Shown in pieces: positions 38,786 through 48,424 of a stretch of DNA of 64,000 bases. The notes under the pieces were generated by a model. It was not told the DNA's origin, did not search any database, and worked only from the letters and a program-made list of their open reading frames with translations. How positions within the stretch are numbered: position 1 is the first letter of the stretch; the number at the start of each line of letters is the position of its first letter. Origin of the DNA: Acidobacteriota bacterium (lineage in GTDB: Bacteria; Acidobacteriota; Thermoanaerobaculia; Multivoradales; UBA5704); the NCBI GenBank assembly GCA_040005235.1, contig JBDTZG010000003.1:32001-96000 (forward strand), given 5' to 3'. The translations under genes and the position numbers were made by a program.

Positions 38786-40264
38786 ATGACCGGAACGGAA
38801 CCGTTCGCGACCGCCTGGGTCCTGCTGGGACTCGGGGTACTGCTCGGCCTGTCGGCGCTTTCGAGCCGATTGGCCGGCAAGAGCGGTTTGCCGATCACCC
38901 TGCTGCTGCTCGGCGTCGGCATGCTCGCGGGCTCCGAAGGAATCGGCCATATCGGGTTCGAGGATTATTCGCTCTCGTTCCGCCTGGGTTCTCTCGCCCT
39001 GGTCTTGATCCTGTTCGACGGCGGCCTCAACACCCCCATCGCCTCGGTGAAAAAGGGGCTCGGCCCCGCGGCCGTCCTCGCGACGCTCGGCGTCCTCGGC
39101 ACCGCGTCGATCATCGCGTTCGGCGCGTGGCTGCTCGGCTTCGAACCCCTGCGGGCGGCGCTTCTGGGGGTGGTCGTCTCTTCGACCGACGCCGCCGCCG
39201 TGTTCTCGACCCTTCGCGCGGGAGGAATCCGACTTCCCCACCGCCTGGGCGCGGTGCTGGAGCTTGAGTCGGGGCTCAACGACCCAATGGCGGTGATCCT
39301 GACCACGGCGATCACTTCGATCGCCCTCGGGAAGGAGGTCTCCGGCTGGCACCTGGCCCTGGAGATCCCCGTCCAGCTCGCGGTCGGGGCGGGGCTGGGA
39401 TTCGCGATCGGCCGCGCCGGGCGCTGGCTGCTGCGCCGCGCTCGGCTCAAGGTGAGCGGTCTCTACCCGGCGCTCACCGTGGCGCTCGCGCTGCTCGCAT
39501 TCGCACTCCCCACGCTGTTCTTCGGCAGCGGCTTCCTCGCCGTGTATGTGGCGGCGATCGTCCTGGGCGACGGCAAGCTGCCCCATCGCAACAACCTCCT
39601 GCGGGTCCACGACTCGATCGCTTGGTTCGCGCAGATCGGCATGTTCCTGCTGCTCGGGCTGCTGGTTTTCCCGTCGCGGGTGCTCACCGTGCCACCCCAG
39701 GGCCTCGCTCTCGCGCTGCTGCTCGCGCTGGTCGCCCGGCCGCTGGTGGTCTTTCTGCTCCTGCTGCCGTTCCGGTTCCCGCGCCGCGAGGCGATCTTCC
39801 TCTCCTGGACCGGTCTGCGCGGCGCGGTGCCGATCGTGCTCGCGACCTTTCCGGTGATGGCGGGCCTGCCCGGCGCGCGCGAGATCTTCGACGTCGTCTT
39901 TTTCGTCACTGTGATCAACACCCTCGTTCCGGGGGCGACGATCGCCGCCCTGGCCCGCCGGCTTCGGTTGGCCGCCTCGGAGCCTCCGCCCCCCGAAGCG
40001 GTAGTCGAGATCCACTCCGCGCGACCGCTGGAAGGCGAGACGCTGTCGTTCTATATCGAAGAGGCCGCGGCAGTCTGCGGCGCGGTCATCGCCGACCTGC
40101 CGATTCCGGACTCGGCGGTGATCCTGCTCGTCGTCCGCGGCAACCGAATGATCGCGCCGCGAGGCTCGACGCTGTTCGAGGCAGGCGATCACATCCACCT
40201 GTACTGCGAAGCCGCGGACGCGCCTTTCCTCGGATTGCTCTTCGGTCGGCCGGAGGAAGGGTAG
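38786..40264 (+). CDS. cvrA: K+/H+ antiporter (CvrA/NhaP2 family) with TrkA_C domain
   Basis: LILFDGGL, SSTDAAAVFS, ELESGLNDPMA, GLRGAVPIVLA. Confidence 0.9.
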   Translation: MTGTEPFATAWVLLGLGVLLGLSALSSRLAGKSGLPITLLLLGVGMLAGSEGIGHIGFEDYSLSFRLGSLALVLILFDGGLNTPIASVKKGLGPAAVLATLGVLGTASIIAFGAWLLGFEPLRAALLGVVVSSTDAAAVFSTLRAGGIRLPHRLGAVLELESGLNDPMAVILTTAITSIALGKEVSGWHLALEIPVQLAVGAGLGFAIGRAGRWLLRRARLKVSGLYPALTVALALLAFALPTLFFGSGFLAVYVAAIVLGDGKLPHRNNLLRVHDSIAWFAQIGMFLLLGLLVFPSRVLTVPPQGLALALLLALVARPLVVFLLLLPFRFPRREAIFLSWTGLRGAVPIVLATFPVMAGLPGAREIFDVVFFVTVINTLVPGATIAALARRLRLAASEPPPPEAVVEIHSARPLEGETLSFYIEEAAAVCGAVIADLPIPDSAVILLVVRGNRMIAPRGSTLFEAGDHIHLYCEAADAPFLGLLFGRPEEG

Positions 40265-40417
40265 GCCCGAGCCCGAAGCAGTAACTATCAAACAAAGCTT
40301 TGGATGCGTCCTTCTCCCCGTCCGCATCCGGCAAGGCTCCGGCACTCCTTTTAAAGGAACGGTTTCCCGAGACTCTCGAACGATTCGGAGTCGTCGCGGA
40401 CCGACCGGGAGGAAGCC

Positions 40418-40570
40418 ATGAGGAAGAAGGCGTTCGACAAGAGCCTCAATCTCCACCGCGAGACCCTGCTGGCGTTGGAGGATTCGACGCTCCCCAAAGC
40501 GCAGGCCGCAGGCGCCGTGACGTCAGCCTGCAAATCCGGCTGGACCTGCTGCAACAGCACCTGCTTCTGA
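40418..40570 (+). CDS. RiPP-like precursor peptide, 50 aa (MRKKAFDKSLNLHRETLLALEDSTLPKAQAAGAVTSACKSGWTCCNSTCF)
   Basis: Translated by hand, below the ORF-track cutoff; RBS GGGAGGA; LNLHRETL leader; core with 4 Cys, rich in Ser/Thr. Confidence 0.75.
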   Translation: MRKKAFDKSLNLHRETLLALEDSTLPKAQAAGAVTSACKSGWTCCNSTCF

Positions 40571-40763
40571 GCCAGTGAGTCGACCGGTCCGCGGTCCGCG
40601 GTGCAGGCTCTCGGCCGGCACCGCACTCGGGTCTCTCCGGTGGGCCTTGCGGCTGGCCTCGATTTTCGCCACGCTCTGCGGCTCGCGGTCGAAGGGAAGG
40701 GATCACCCCAAAAACAGTCGGCACCCCTCCGGTCGGCGGGGCGCACATGATCTGTCTGCCGGT

Positions 40764-40976
40764 TCAGCAACCGCAATCGGTCGCGTAGCCGCTATAGCAG
40801 AAGCAATGGGTGAAGAAGCATTCGGAGTAGGTACCACAGGTCCAATTGCAGCCGCTGTCGCCTGAGCAGAATGCCCTTTCGCGGCTCTCCTCAGTGCCGC
40901 CCACGGCAGCACCCAGGGTCTCGGATCGGATGTTGGCCAGAGTCTCACGGGACAGGCGGAGTCGCTTCGTCTTCAC
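40764..40976 (-). CDS. RiPP-like precursor peptide, 70 aa
   Basis: GTG start after AAAAGGAG; leader KRLRLSRETLANI...AVGG; core with 8 Cys. Confidence 0.8.
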   Translation of the reverse strand: MKTKRLRLSRETLANIRSETLGAAVGGTEESRERAFCSGDSGCNWTCGTYSECFFTHCFCYSGYATDCGC

Positions 40977-41097
40977 GTCCAGTCTCCTTTTCAGAAGGTC
41001 CAACGCGGTCTATGCGCGAGAGCTTAGCGCAGAGAAGGTGAGAATGCGGCGGGCCGGGCTCGCGACGAATGAAGCTACCGCGCCGTAGACCCTGGCG

Positions 41098-42075
41098 ATG
41101 ATTCGCTCCCTCCTTCGCATCTTCTCCACCGTGGTCGGAATCCTCGCGCTGGCTTGGCTCATGATTTTCTGGTTGGTTCGCCAGCCGATGCGCGCGGCGC
41201 CGCGGCGAATCGAGAGACATGCCGACCCTCGCCGCTTACGCGACGATGTCCAGGTGCTGGCCCGAGATTTGGTTCCACGCGACGTGGCCCATCCGGAGAA
41301 CCTCGACCGCGCCGCCCTCTATATCGCCAGGCAGTTCGAGCTGGCCGGGCTGGCTCCGGAATTCGAGCGCTACGAGGCGCGCGGCGGGAAGTACGCCAAT
41401 GTGGTGGCGAGGATCGGTTCGGGACGATCCCCGCTGGTGATCGGCGCGCATTACGATGCCTTCGGCGAATTCGGTGCGAATCCCGGAGCCGACGACAACG
41501 CGAGCGGTGTCGCGGGGCTGCTGGAATTGGCGCGGCTGATCTCGGGCCACAAGATTCCGGGCGGCCTCGAGTTGGTGGCATTCTCGACCGAGGAGCCGCC
41601 GTTCTTCGGCTCGCGTCAGATGGGCAGCGCCGTCCATGCCGACCGGATGCTCGCGAGCGATCGCCGCTCTCGGGGGATGGTCTCGCTCGAAATGATCGGT
41701 TACTTCACCGAACGGCAGCCCTGGCCGAGCGCCCTGCTCAGAGCGTTCTATCCGACTCGCGGCGACTTCGTGATGCTCGCCGGGCGGAGAAGCGATCGAG
41801 CGTTGATCCGCGCGCTCAAGCCGGGGTTTCAGGGGGGGTCATCGGTTCCGATGGTGAGTTATGCCGGCCCCTTTGTGGGCGGCCTTGATGCTTCAGATCA
41901 CGTGAGTTTCTGGGATCGCGGCCTGCCGGCGGCCGTGCTGACTGACACTTCCTTTCTCCGCAACCCGCGCTACCACGCCTCGGACGATACTTCCGGATCT
42001 CTCGATTACCCGCGCATGGCCGCAGTGGTCGACGGCCTCGCGAACGCGGTACTCGGTCCCGTCGCACCGCCTTGA
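41098..42075 (+). CDS. M28 family metallopeptidase
   Basis: IGAHYD, PGADDNASG, STEEPP, SLEMIG, SDHVSF, YHASDDT. Confidence 0.9.
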   Translation: MIRSLLRIFSTVVGILALAWLMIFWLVRQPMRAAPRRIERHADPRRLRDDVQVLARDLVPRDVAHPENLDRAALYIARQFELAGLAPEFERYEARGGKYANVVARIGSGRSPLVIGAHYDAFGEFGANPGADDNASGVAGLLELARLISGHKIPGGLELVAFSTEEPPFFGSRQMGSAVHADRMLASDRRSRGMVSLEMIGYFTERQPWPSALLRAFYPTRGDFVMLAGRRSDRALIRALKPGFQGGSSVPMVSYAGPFVGGLDASDHVSFWDRGLPAAVLTDTSFLRNPRYHASDDTSGSLDYPRMAAVVDGLANAVLGPVAPP

Positions 42076-42205
42076 AGCGTACGCCCGTCGAAATTCCGGA
42101 GCGCGTCCGTCTCTCTTCTCGCGTCACAGAGCTTGAGCCTAAACGCGAATGTTTTTCGCGTGTCTGGTGGAGAGCAAGGACAAACACCAACGCGAAGGAG
42201 ACCCT

Positions 42206-42634
42206 ATGCACCTCCGGATCTTGACCACCCTCATCTTTGTCGCAGTCTTCGGATTCCTCTTGCCCACGACGGCTCGTGCCCAATTCCCCGACATCACCGA
42301 GAGCTCCGGTCACTACAGAGACGCGACCCAGAAAGCCGCCGACTGCTACGGCAGGGGCGCCCGAGCGCTCAAGAAGGCGCAGAAGCAGGCGGCGGCCGGC
42401 GAGACCGAAAAGGCCCGCGAGAACTATCTCCGGGCCAAGAAAGAATTCTCAGAAGCGGTTGGTATGCAAGAGGGCTATTTCGAGGCGCTCCTCGGCCTCG
42501 GCCAGTCCTATCTCGCTCTCGGCCAGAAAGAATCGGCGCTCGACGCCTGCGTCCATGCGCTGGCGGCGAAACCGAAGAGCGCCGACGCTCAGGCCTGCGC
42601 CGAATCCGCCCGCGGCCCGGCGGCGGCCGGCTGA
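42206..42634 (+). CDS. Small secreted TPR-like protein
   Basis: RBS AAGGAG; signal peptide ending ARA; EALLGLGQSYLALGQKESA TPR helix. Confidence 0.75.
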   Translation: MHLRILTTLIFVAVFGFLLPTTARAQFPDITESSGHYRDATQKAADCYGRGARALKKAQKQAAAGETEKARENYLRAKKEFSEAVGMQEGYFEALLGLGQSYLALGQKESALDACVHALAAKPKSADAQACAESARGPAAAG

Positions 42635-42645
42635 GAATTAGCCGC

Positions 42646-42825
42646 AGGCGCTCGCTGCTCCTCGCCCGGGGACTATCCTCCATGCTGTTCGGCCTGGCCA
42701 CCACCGATCCGCTCACCTACGCCCTCGTCGCGGCGGTCCTCTTCGGCTCCGCCTTCGCCGCCTGCCTTCCCGCCCTCCGCCAGGTGATCGGCACCCGGCC
42801 GACGCTAGCGTTGCGGGGGGCGTGA
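42646..42825 (+). pseudogene. C-terminal remnant of a duplicated orphan (FtsX-type) permease
   Basis: LSSMLFGLATTDPLTYALVAAVLFGSAFAACLPALRQ...PTLALRGA* parallels the end of the permease at 24408-27104; no matching 5' part. Confidence 0.65.
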
Positions 42826-42839
42826 GCGGGGCGCGGGGC

Positions 42840-43892
42840 CTAGTGCAAATACACCGGCCGGGCGATCACCTCGCCGCGCCGGTGACGTAGATCGATCGTC
42901 GCTTCTCCGGGCTTGAATCCCGAGAAGTCGTCGCGGTTAACTGTGAGCACGTACCAGCCGGAGATCGAACGGGCGAGCCGGTGGGTGGCGAGGCCGGGGA
43001 GCCGGAAAGTGCTCGAATAGGTGCCGCCGGTTGCGGCGGCCACCCCTTCGAGCCCCACTTCTAAAGAGTGAGAGTCCGCGCTGGTGACGTCGAGCACAAA
43101 GACCGAAGTCTTCGCGGCGGCCAAAGCGGCTACGGCCGGACGGAAATCCGGCGTCATGCGGACGCTGCCCCCGAAACCGAATCGACCTAAGCCCCAACCG
43201 AGATAGATCATCGTCTTCTCGCCGGGCAGAGGGCTGAGCGCCTTCGCGGTCATTTCGAGCGCCCGCTCAGGGCTCGCGACCCGGAGCGCCTCGGCGAAGT
43301 CGAATTGTGCGGCCAAGGAGGGGTGCGGGGACCGCGGGACGTCCACCTCCGGCGTGTAGACCCTCGCCCGATCGACCGCATCGAGCACGGCTTGCCGGTC
43401 GGTGGTGAAATCGAGCCAGAGCTTAAGATGGGAATCGAACGAAACCACCGCGACGCGATCCGACGGAGCGAAGCTCGCCACCAGCTCGCGGGTGTAGGGG
43501 CGCAAGCGCAACTGGCCGGAAATCCGAGTCGGGTTCAAATCGGCCTGGACGAAGAAGACGACCAGCTTGCCAGGCGGCCGCACCGCTTGCTCTGCCGGCT
43601 TCCACCGCTCGAATTCGGTGACCTCCACCTCCGGCAGGCTCGCTTCGGACTCCGAGGAAACCCAATCGACGCCGGTCACTGGAATTTCCCGCCCATGGAC
43701 CGTAATCCGGAAGTCATCGGGGACGAGCCCGAGGATCGGCCGGCCGTCGCCGTCCACCACTCGCACGACGATCGTGTCCAGCGCGACGGTGATCGCATCG
43801 TCGAAATGCTCTTGCGGCGAATCGGTCGCCGCGGCGCCCTTCACCGTAAAGATGAAGCCAGCCACCAGGAGAAGGAAGGTCAAGCGTCGCAT
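42840..43892 (-). CDS. VWFA-related secreted protein (acidobacterial type)
   Basis: VRVVDGDGRPILGLVPDDFRI, DRVAVVSFD, LPGEKTMIYL, AAATGG. Confidence 0.85.
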   Translation of the reverse strand: MRRLTFLLLVAGFIFTVKGAAATDSPQEHFDDAITVALDTIVVRVVDGDGRPILGLVPDDFRITVHGREIPVTGVDWVSSESEASLPEVEVTEFERWKPAEQAVRPPGKLVVFFVQADLNPTRISGQLRLRPYTRELVASFAPSDRVAVVSFDSHLKLWLDFTTDRQAVLDAVDRARVYTPEVDVPRSPHPSLAAQFDFAEALRVASPERALEMTAKALSPLPGEKTMIYLGWGLGRFGFGGSVRMTPDFRPAVAALAAAKTSVFVLDVTSADSHSLEVGLEGVAAATGGTYSSTFRLPGLATHRLARSISGWYVLTVNRDDFSGFKPGEATIDLRHRRGEVIARPVYLH

Positions 43893-44057
43893 GATCTTTG
43901 AGTCTAACCTGTGCAGAATCACTCGTTGGAGCGGTCCCGTCCCACGAAACGCGAGGTCCGGCCCGAGATCGAGCTTCCGTCGGGCTCCTCCATCCGGACG
44001 CGAGCTCCTTCGCAGTCCGATCTAAACCTCCAACCCTGCGGCGATTCCACCTCTGCG

Positions 44058-47000
44058 CTACTTACCCGGCTCTCGATCGGCTTCCTCCAGGGTCGGCCCC
44101 ACGGGCACTTCAAGGGGGTGCATGACCGGACGTCCCCAGCTCAAGACGTGCCCGATGCGTCGTTCCTGGTTGATGTCCTGGCTTGCGATTCGCACCAATT
44201 CCTCGCGGACGCTGGGGCGAAAATCCAGCAAGCCAGGCCACCAGCCGTTCTCCGACCGGGGCGTCAGAGAGGCAACGACCAGGTTGCCGCCGATGTTCCG
44301 ATCCAGCTCCTGCGCGCGGGAAAACAAAAAGGAGAGCACTTCGGGCGAGGAGCGGAAAAGTTGTCCGCCTTCGAGCTGCGCCTGCTGCAGGGCATGACGG
44401 AATCCGCCGGGTGGCGGCACCGCGTCGTCGAGGGGATCCGGCGAGGCGTTGAGGATCAGCACCTGCCGCGCGTCGGACATGGACGCGGCTTCGAGCGGGA
44501 TGTTGTGCGCATACCCTCCGTCGACGAGATGGACCTCGCAGCCGTCGGGCAGGCGGGCCAGATGCGGAGGGAAGACCGGAAAGGCCGATCCCGAAGCAAA
44601 GACCGCATCGAGGGCACGGGCGGGCGCCGGCTTACGGAAGACCTGCCACGGGCCCCCGGTCGGCGTGCCGCAGCCTTCCTGGCCTTCGAAGCAAAAATAG
44701 AGTCCTCCGGCATTGATGGTCCGGGCCGAAGAGCATTGCGTGGCGCGGAGCAGCGTGCCGGTCACCACCAGGTTTGCCTGGAAGCTGCCGGTCCACAACT
44801 GATCCTCCGAAAGCGCCTCTCCGAAGGCACGGACCGCCCGAACGTTGCTATAGACGGCCGGCGCCACCAGCAGCACCCAACAAGCTATGCAGAACGCAAA
44901 CAGGCCGACCATCGTGCCGGCAAGGCTCGTCGTGACCACGCCGCGCCGATCCCTCATCAGCCCGTCGAGGCCTCCCCGCAGGAAGCACGGGACGCGCCTG
45001 CGCGGGGCATGAGCGAAGAAGAGCAGGGCGACGGACGCGACCACCCCCGCACCGATTAAGCCGGACCAATAGGGGCCGGTCAACTCGAGCATCGATCCGT
45101 ACCCGGTGGCGGTCGCCGCCACGAGGGGAAGAAACGCGGCGCCGATTACGGTCGCAGCCGCCGCCATCGCGGCGACATAGCTGTGATCTCCGCGCACGGC
45201 CAAACCCCAGCGACCGCTTAGGGCACCGGTAGCAAGCGCCGCGGCGATGACGAACACTCCGGCGCTCGCCAGTACCGACAGGCCGGGCAACGGGACTCTA
45301 TGCAAGCCTTCCGGCAGACCGCGGAGCCAATGTCGCGCGACCAACGCGATACCCAGAAGCTGGACACCGAAAAGGAGGCCGACCGCGGCGAGCCGGCCGA
45401 GCAGCCTTGCCACGTCCGTGGGACTTTCATGCTTGCTCTCTCGAATGACGCAGGTCATGCAGAAATGCGCGAGGATACAGGTCAGGATGTAAAACACGCC
45501 CTCGGCCGCGGGAACGGTTTCCATATATTCGCTGCGCGTCGTGACGATCGCGACCGCTCCGGCAACCACGATCAGGAGCGCGATGGCCAACACCCTCCAA
45601 CTGCCGGCTTTCTGGACCGAATCCGGAGGGCAGGCGCCATATCCCCACCAATTGAAGGTCTTGGCTCCGAGAAAAACGAGCTGCATCACGAAGAGCAAGA
45701 CAAAAATGCTCAGCAGGCGGGGAAAATCGGCCATCGGAAAGAGCGGCTTGCCGGACGTCGACTCGACGATTTTCCGCAGCGACCCCACCTGCGGCAGCTG
45801 GGCAGCGAAGAATGCCAGCATCGCGCCGCCGGAAGTACCTATGATCGTATGCACGATGAGCGGGTCGGTAGAGTTCTTCGGAATGGTTTCGGCTTGCCCG
45901 GTCGGGATTTCTGGGTTACGGAGCTGCCGGGACGATTTGCGCCCCGCCCCATACAACTCGTCGAGCAGGACCGTCTGGTACAAGCTCTTGACGCCACCAC
46001 CCGAAAGCACGAGCGCCAGTCGCGCGGTACGGGAATTCTCCTGATCCTGGCGCAGGAATGCCATCGTTTCGTCGATGGTGAAATCGAACAGTCCGTTCTC
46101 ATACCAGCGGGTATTGAGTCGTGCGAGCTCCGGGTCCTGGGTCGCATCGTGGCTGAACAACCGGCTGACTTCAGCACGGAATCGGTCATGGGTCGCGGGG
46201 TTGTACCAGAGGACCGATTTGTATCTTCCTCCCCGCGTTCCCATGTTCTTCTGGATTTCCGGCGCTAGGAAAACATTCCCCAAGCTGGCGCGATCCACTA
46301 CTTCACCGCCGGCGACCTCCTCCACCAATTGACGGCGAACCAGAAGGACGTCATTGGGGATGCTGGGAGAATCCTCCGGCAAGCGACCTGCCCGGTAGTG
46401 CATCGGTGAGCCAAAGCGCGCGGAGTCAGGAGGGTGATAGGAAAACGTGATCGTCGAAGACGCATCCTCTGCGGGCAGGGCGCCATGCATCAGCGTCAAG
46501 TGTGCGTTTTCGAAGTAGAGCCGCCAGAAGCGGGATCGCTCGACCTTGTCAATTTTGCCTTGATCCAGCCAGTTCTCCACATACAACGCGGGCATGATGA
46601 AGCCGGAAGTAGAAAGGTGGGCCACCAGGTCGACCCGAAACTCCGCGCGGATCTTCTCGATCTCTTTCCGAACGGCCGGCGCATCGGGCTCTCCTTTCCG
46701 CACCGCGACGAGCAACGAAGAGAGGTACTGGTCGAAGCCCGTAATCGGGTCGTCGCGCCAGCGCCCCGAAGCCACGATCCAGGGATAATGCGCGGCAATG
46801 TCCTGTGAGTCGCCCGCCTCGGTGGGGATCCCCGAGCCCTCAGAGAATTCCAATATCGAGAGGGCTTGGCTGTCGCGTTCGAGCAACATAGCCATGAAGG
46901 GGGACACGATCGCCGCGTCGATCTGGCCTGTTTTGAACCAGGATAAGATCTGATAGTAGTTGCCGAACGCCAATTCGAAATCAAGTGGAACTTTGAGCGA

Positions 47001-47261
47001 AGGCACATCCTTCGACTTTTGCGCAACCATCCCCAGATACCCATCGACCACCCGAAGGTTGTCCTGCTCGGATTTAGAGGCGGCGAAGTTGAACGTCGTA
47101 TATCCGACCCGCACCACACGCGGCTTCGGACGGGCTGGGAGGGTTTCCGGCTGCGCGGCGGATGCAACAACCGTGTCGGCCTGCGAACGAGCCGCCGCTC
47201 CGGACAGCAGGACGGTCAAAAGACCCGAGATCACAAAGGCTCCTTTGCTTGAGGAAGTCAT
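44058..47261 (-). CDS. Fusion of a PhnD-like solute-binding domain and a patatin-like phospholipase interrupted by ~8 TM segments
   Basis: Signal peptide; SBP-like GQIDAAIVSP, HLSTSGFIMP, SIPND; patatin SGGGVK, GTSGG, then TM block, then ASGSAFPVFP, VDGG. Confidence 0.8.
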   Translation of the reverse strand: MTSSSKGAFVISGLLTVLLSGAAARSQADTVVASAAQPETLPARPKPRVVRVGYTTFNFAASKSEQDNLRVVDGYLGMVAQKSKDVPSLKVPLDFELAFGNYYQILSWFKTGQIDAAIVSPFMAMLLERDSQALSILEFSEGSGIPTEAGDSQDIAAHYPWIVASGRWRDDPITGFDQYLSSLLVAVRKGEPDAPAVRKEIEKIRAEFRVDLVAHLSTSGFIMPALYVENWLDQGKIDKVERSRFWRLYFENAHLTLMHGALPAEDASSTITFSYHPPDSARFGSPMHYRAGRLPEDSPSIPNDVLLVRRQLVEEVAGGEVVDRASLGNVFLAPEIQKNMGTRGGRYKSVLWYNPATHDRFRAEVSRLFSHDATQDPELARLNTRWYENGLFDFTIDETMAFLRQDQENSRTARLALVLSGGGVKSLYQTVLLDELYGAGRKSSRQLRNPEIPTGQAETIPKNSTDPLIVHTIIGTSGGAMLAFFAAQLPQVGSLRKIVESTSGKPLFPMADFPRLLSIFVLLFVMQLVFLGAKTFNWWGYGACPPDSVQKAGSWRVLAIALLIVVAGAVAIVTTRSEYMETVPAAEGVFYILTCILAHFCMTCVIRESKHESPTDVARLLGRLAAVGLLFGVQLLGIALVARHWLRGLPEGLHRVPLPGLSVLASAGVFVIAAALATGALSGRWGLAVRGDHSYVAAMAAAATVIGAAFLPLVAATATGYGSMLELTGPYWSGLIGAGVVASVALLFFAHAPRRRVPCFLRGGLDGLMRDRRGVVTTSLAGTMVGLFAFCIACWVLLVAPAVYSNVRAVRAFGEALSEDQLWTGSFQANLVVTGTLLRATQCSSARTINAGGLYFCFEGQEGCGTPTGGPWQVFRKPAPARALDAVFASGSAFPVFPPHLARLPDGCEVHLVDGGYAHNIPLEAASMSDARQVLILNASPDPLDDAVPPPGGFRHALQQAQLEGGQLFRSSPEVLSFLFSRAQELDRNIGGNLVVASLTPRSENGWWPGLLDFRPSVREELVRIASQDINQERRIGHVLSWGRPVMHPLEVPVGPTLEEADREPGK

Positions 47262-48424
47262 GCGATCTCGCCTCCGTGGGACTCATCGGTAGCCTTCGAC
47301 CTTCGAACGGCAAAGGCTCCCGCCGCGACCACGAACATGCCGAGCGTGAAAAGGCACCAGAGAAGATAGGGTCTCCAACCGGCCTCATCCTTCTCGCCCC
47401 GATCCGCCAGAGCAATGTACCAGCCTCCCTCGACATCGCTCGACAGCCGGCGGACGAAAGCGATGGGACTCGTCTGACGGGACTCTCCCAGAGGCCACGA
47501 CGCTTCGGCTCCCGGTGCGAGCCCTTTAAGCGGGGGAACGGCCCCTTTGCCAAAGAACGCGTCCTGCGAGAAGACTCTGATCCCTTGACCGTCGAGGAGC
47601 TCCGTGTCGATGTCCTGATCGTGCGCCGCGAAAGCGAGAAGCCCCTCCAGTTCTTTCGGATCGACGACCGCCTTGAGAACGCCGACCGCACGCCCGTCGG
47701 CGGTCACCACCGGCAGCACCACGTCATAGCCGAACAGCCCCGCGCTGGGATCCCAATCGACCCCCCCGATGTGGACGCACTCCATGGGGAGATGGCGGCA
47801 GCGAATCAATGCCTTCTTTAGCCTCGCCGCTTCGGCCAGCTTCGCTGTTTCCCATGCAACTGTCTTCGCCGCCTCCGTCAGGTTTGGATCTGACGATACT
47901 TCCGGCTCCTTCGGCTCGAGGCCCTTCGGCCACCAGGGGTCGTCATCTTGCCGATAGTCCTCGGTACGATTCGAAGCCGCGATCACCCTTCCCTTCAGAT
48001 CACTGAGGAAGATTTCGCGAAAGGCGCTCCCGCTGGCATCCTTTAATTCTGCGAAGTAAGTGGAAAGAGGGTTGTTTTCTTGGATTTCTTTGAACGGATC
48101 TTCTTTCCCCTGACTCGCGAAGGTCGTCCAAAACTTTTCCCTATCCTCGTCGGCCTGGGTGCGGGCAATCTTCGTCGACTCTTCAGCCAGTTCGACGACC
48201 TCGGGAATCACCGTGAGGTAGCCCGTCACGCCGACCACCCGCTTGATATAGGTGTCGATGAGCGACGCCAGGCGTTCGGTCTCGACGGACATCTCCTCCG
48301 GTCTTTCATGTTCGCCTGCCACGCGCAACGCCCAGAGGGACTGAAAGGCGATCGCGATGACGAAGACGGGACCGAGGACCAACAGCCAACGCCAAGTCGA
48401 CAAAATCCCTCGAAGCTGCGACAT
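47258..48424 (-). CDS. Membrane protein with extracytoplasmic Cache domain and no cytoplasmic output domain
   Basis: TM1, EIFLSDLKGRVIAAS...YRQDDDPWW, VVLPVVTADGRAVGVLKAVV, TM2, 15-aa tail; ATGA overlap with the next gene. Confidence 0.75.
   Translation of the reverse strand: MSQLRGILSTWRWLLVLGPVFVIAIAFQSLWALRVAGEHERPEEMSVETERLASLIDTYIKRVVGVTGYLTVIPEVVELAEESTKIARTQADEDREKFWTTFASQGKEDPFKEIQENNPLSTYFAELKDASGSAFREIFLSDLKGRVIAASNRTEDYRQDDDPWWPKGLEPKEPEVSSDPNLTEAAKTVAWETAKLAEAARLKKALIRCRHLPMECVHIGGVDWDPSAGLFGYDVVLPVVTADGRAVGVLKAVVDPKELEGLLAFAAHDQDIDTELLDGQGIRVFSQDAFFGKGAVPPLKGLAPGAEASWPLGESRQTSPIAFVRRLSSDVEGGWYIALADRGEKDEAGWRPYLLWCLFTLGMFVVAAGAFAVRRSKATDESHGGEIA

Noticed and set aside
17187-42075. 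S9 and M28 peptidases and the orphan permease as a RiPP biosynthetic cluster for the precursors
   Set aside because: These families are abundant in this kind of genome, are not co-oriented in an operon with the precursors, and no modifying enzyme is present.
4801-42644. Similar short palindromes CGGCTGAATTTAGCCG (4801) and CGGCTGAGAATTAGCCG (42628)
   Set aside because: Too short and only two copies; cannot be told apart from chance in GC-rich DNA.
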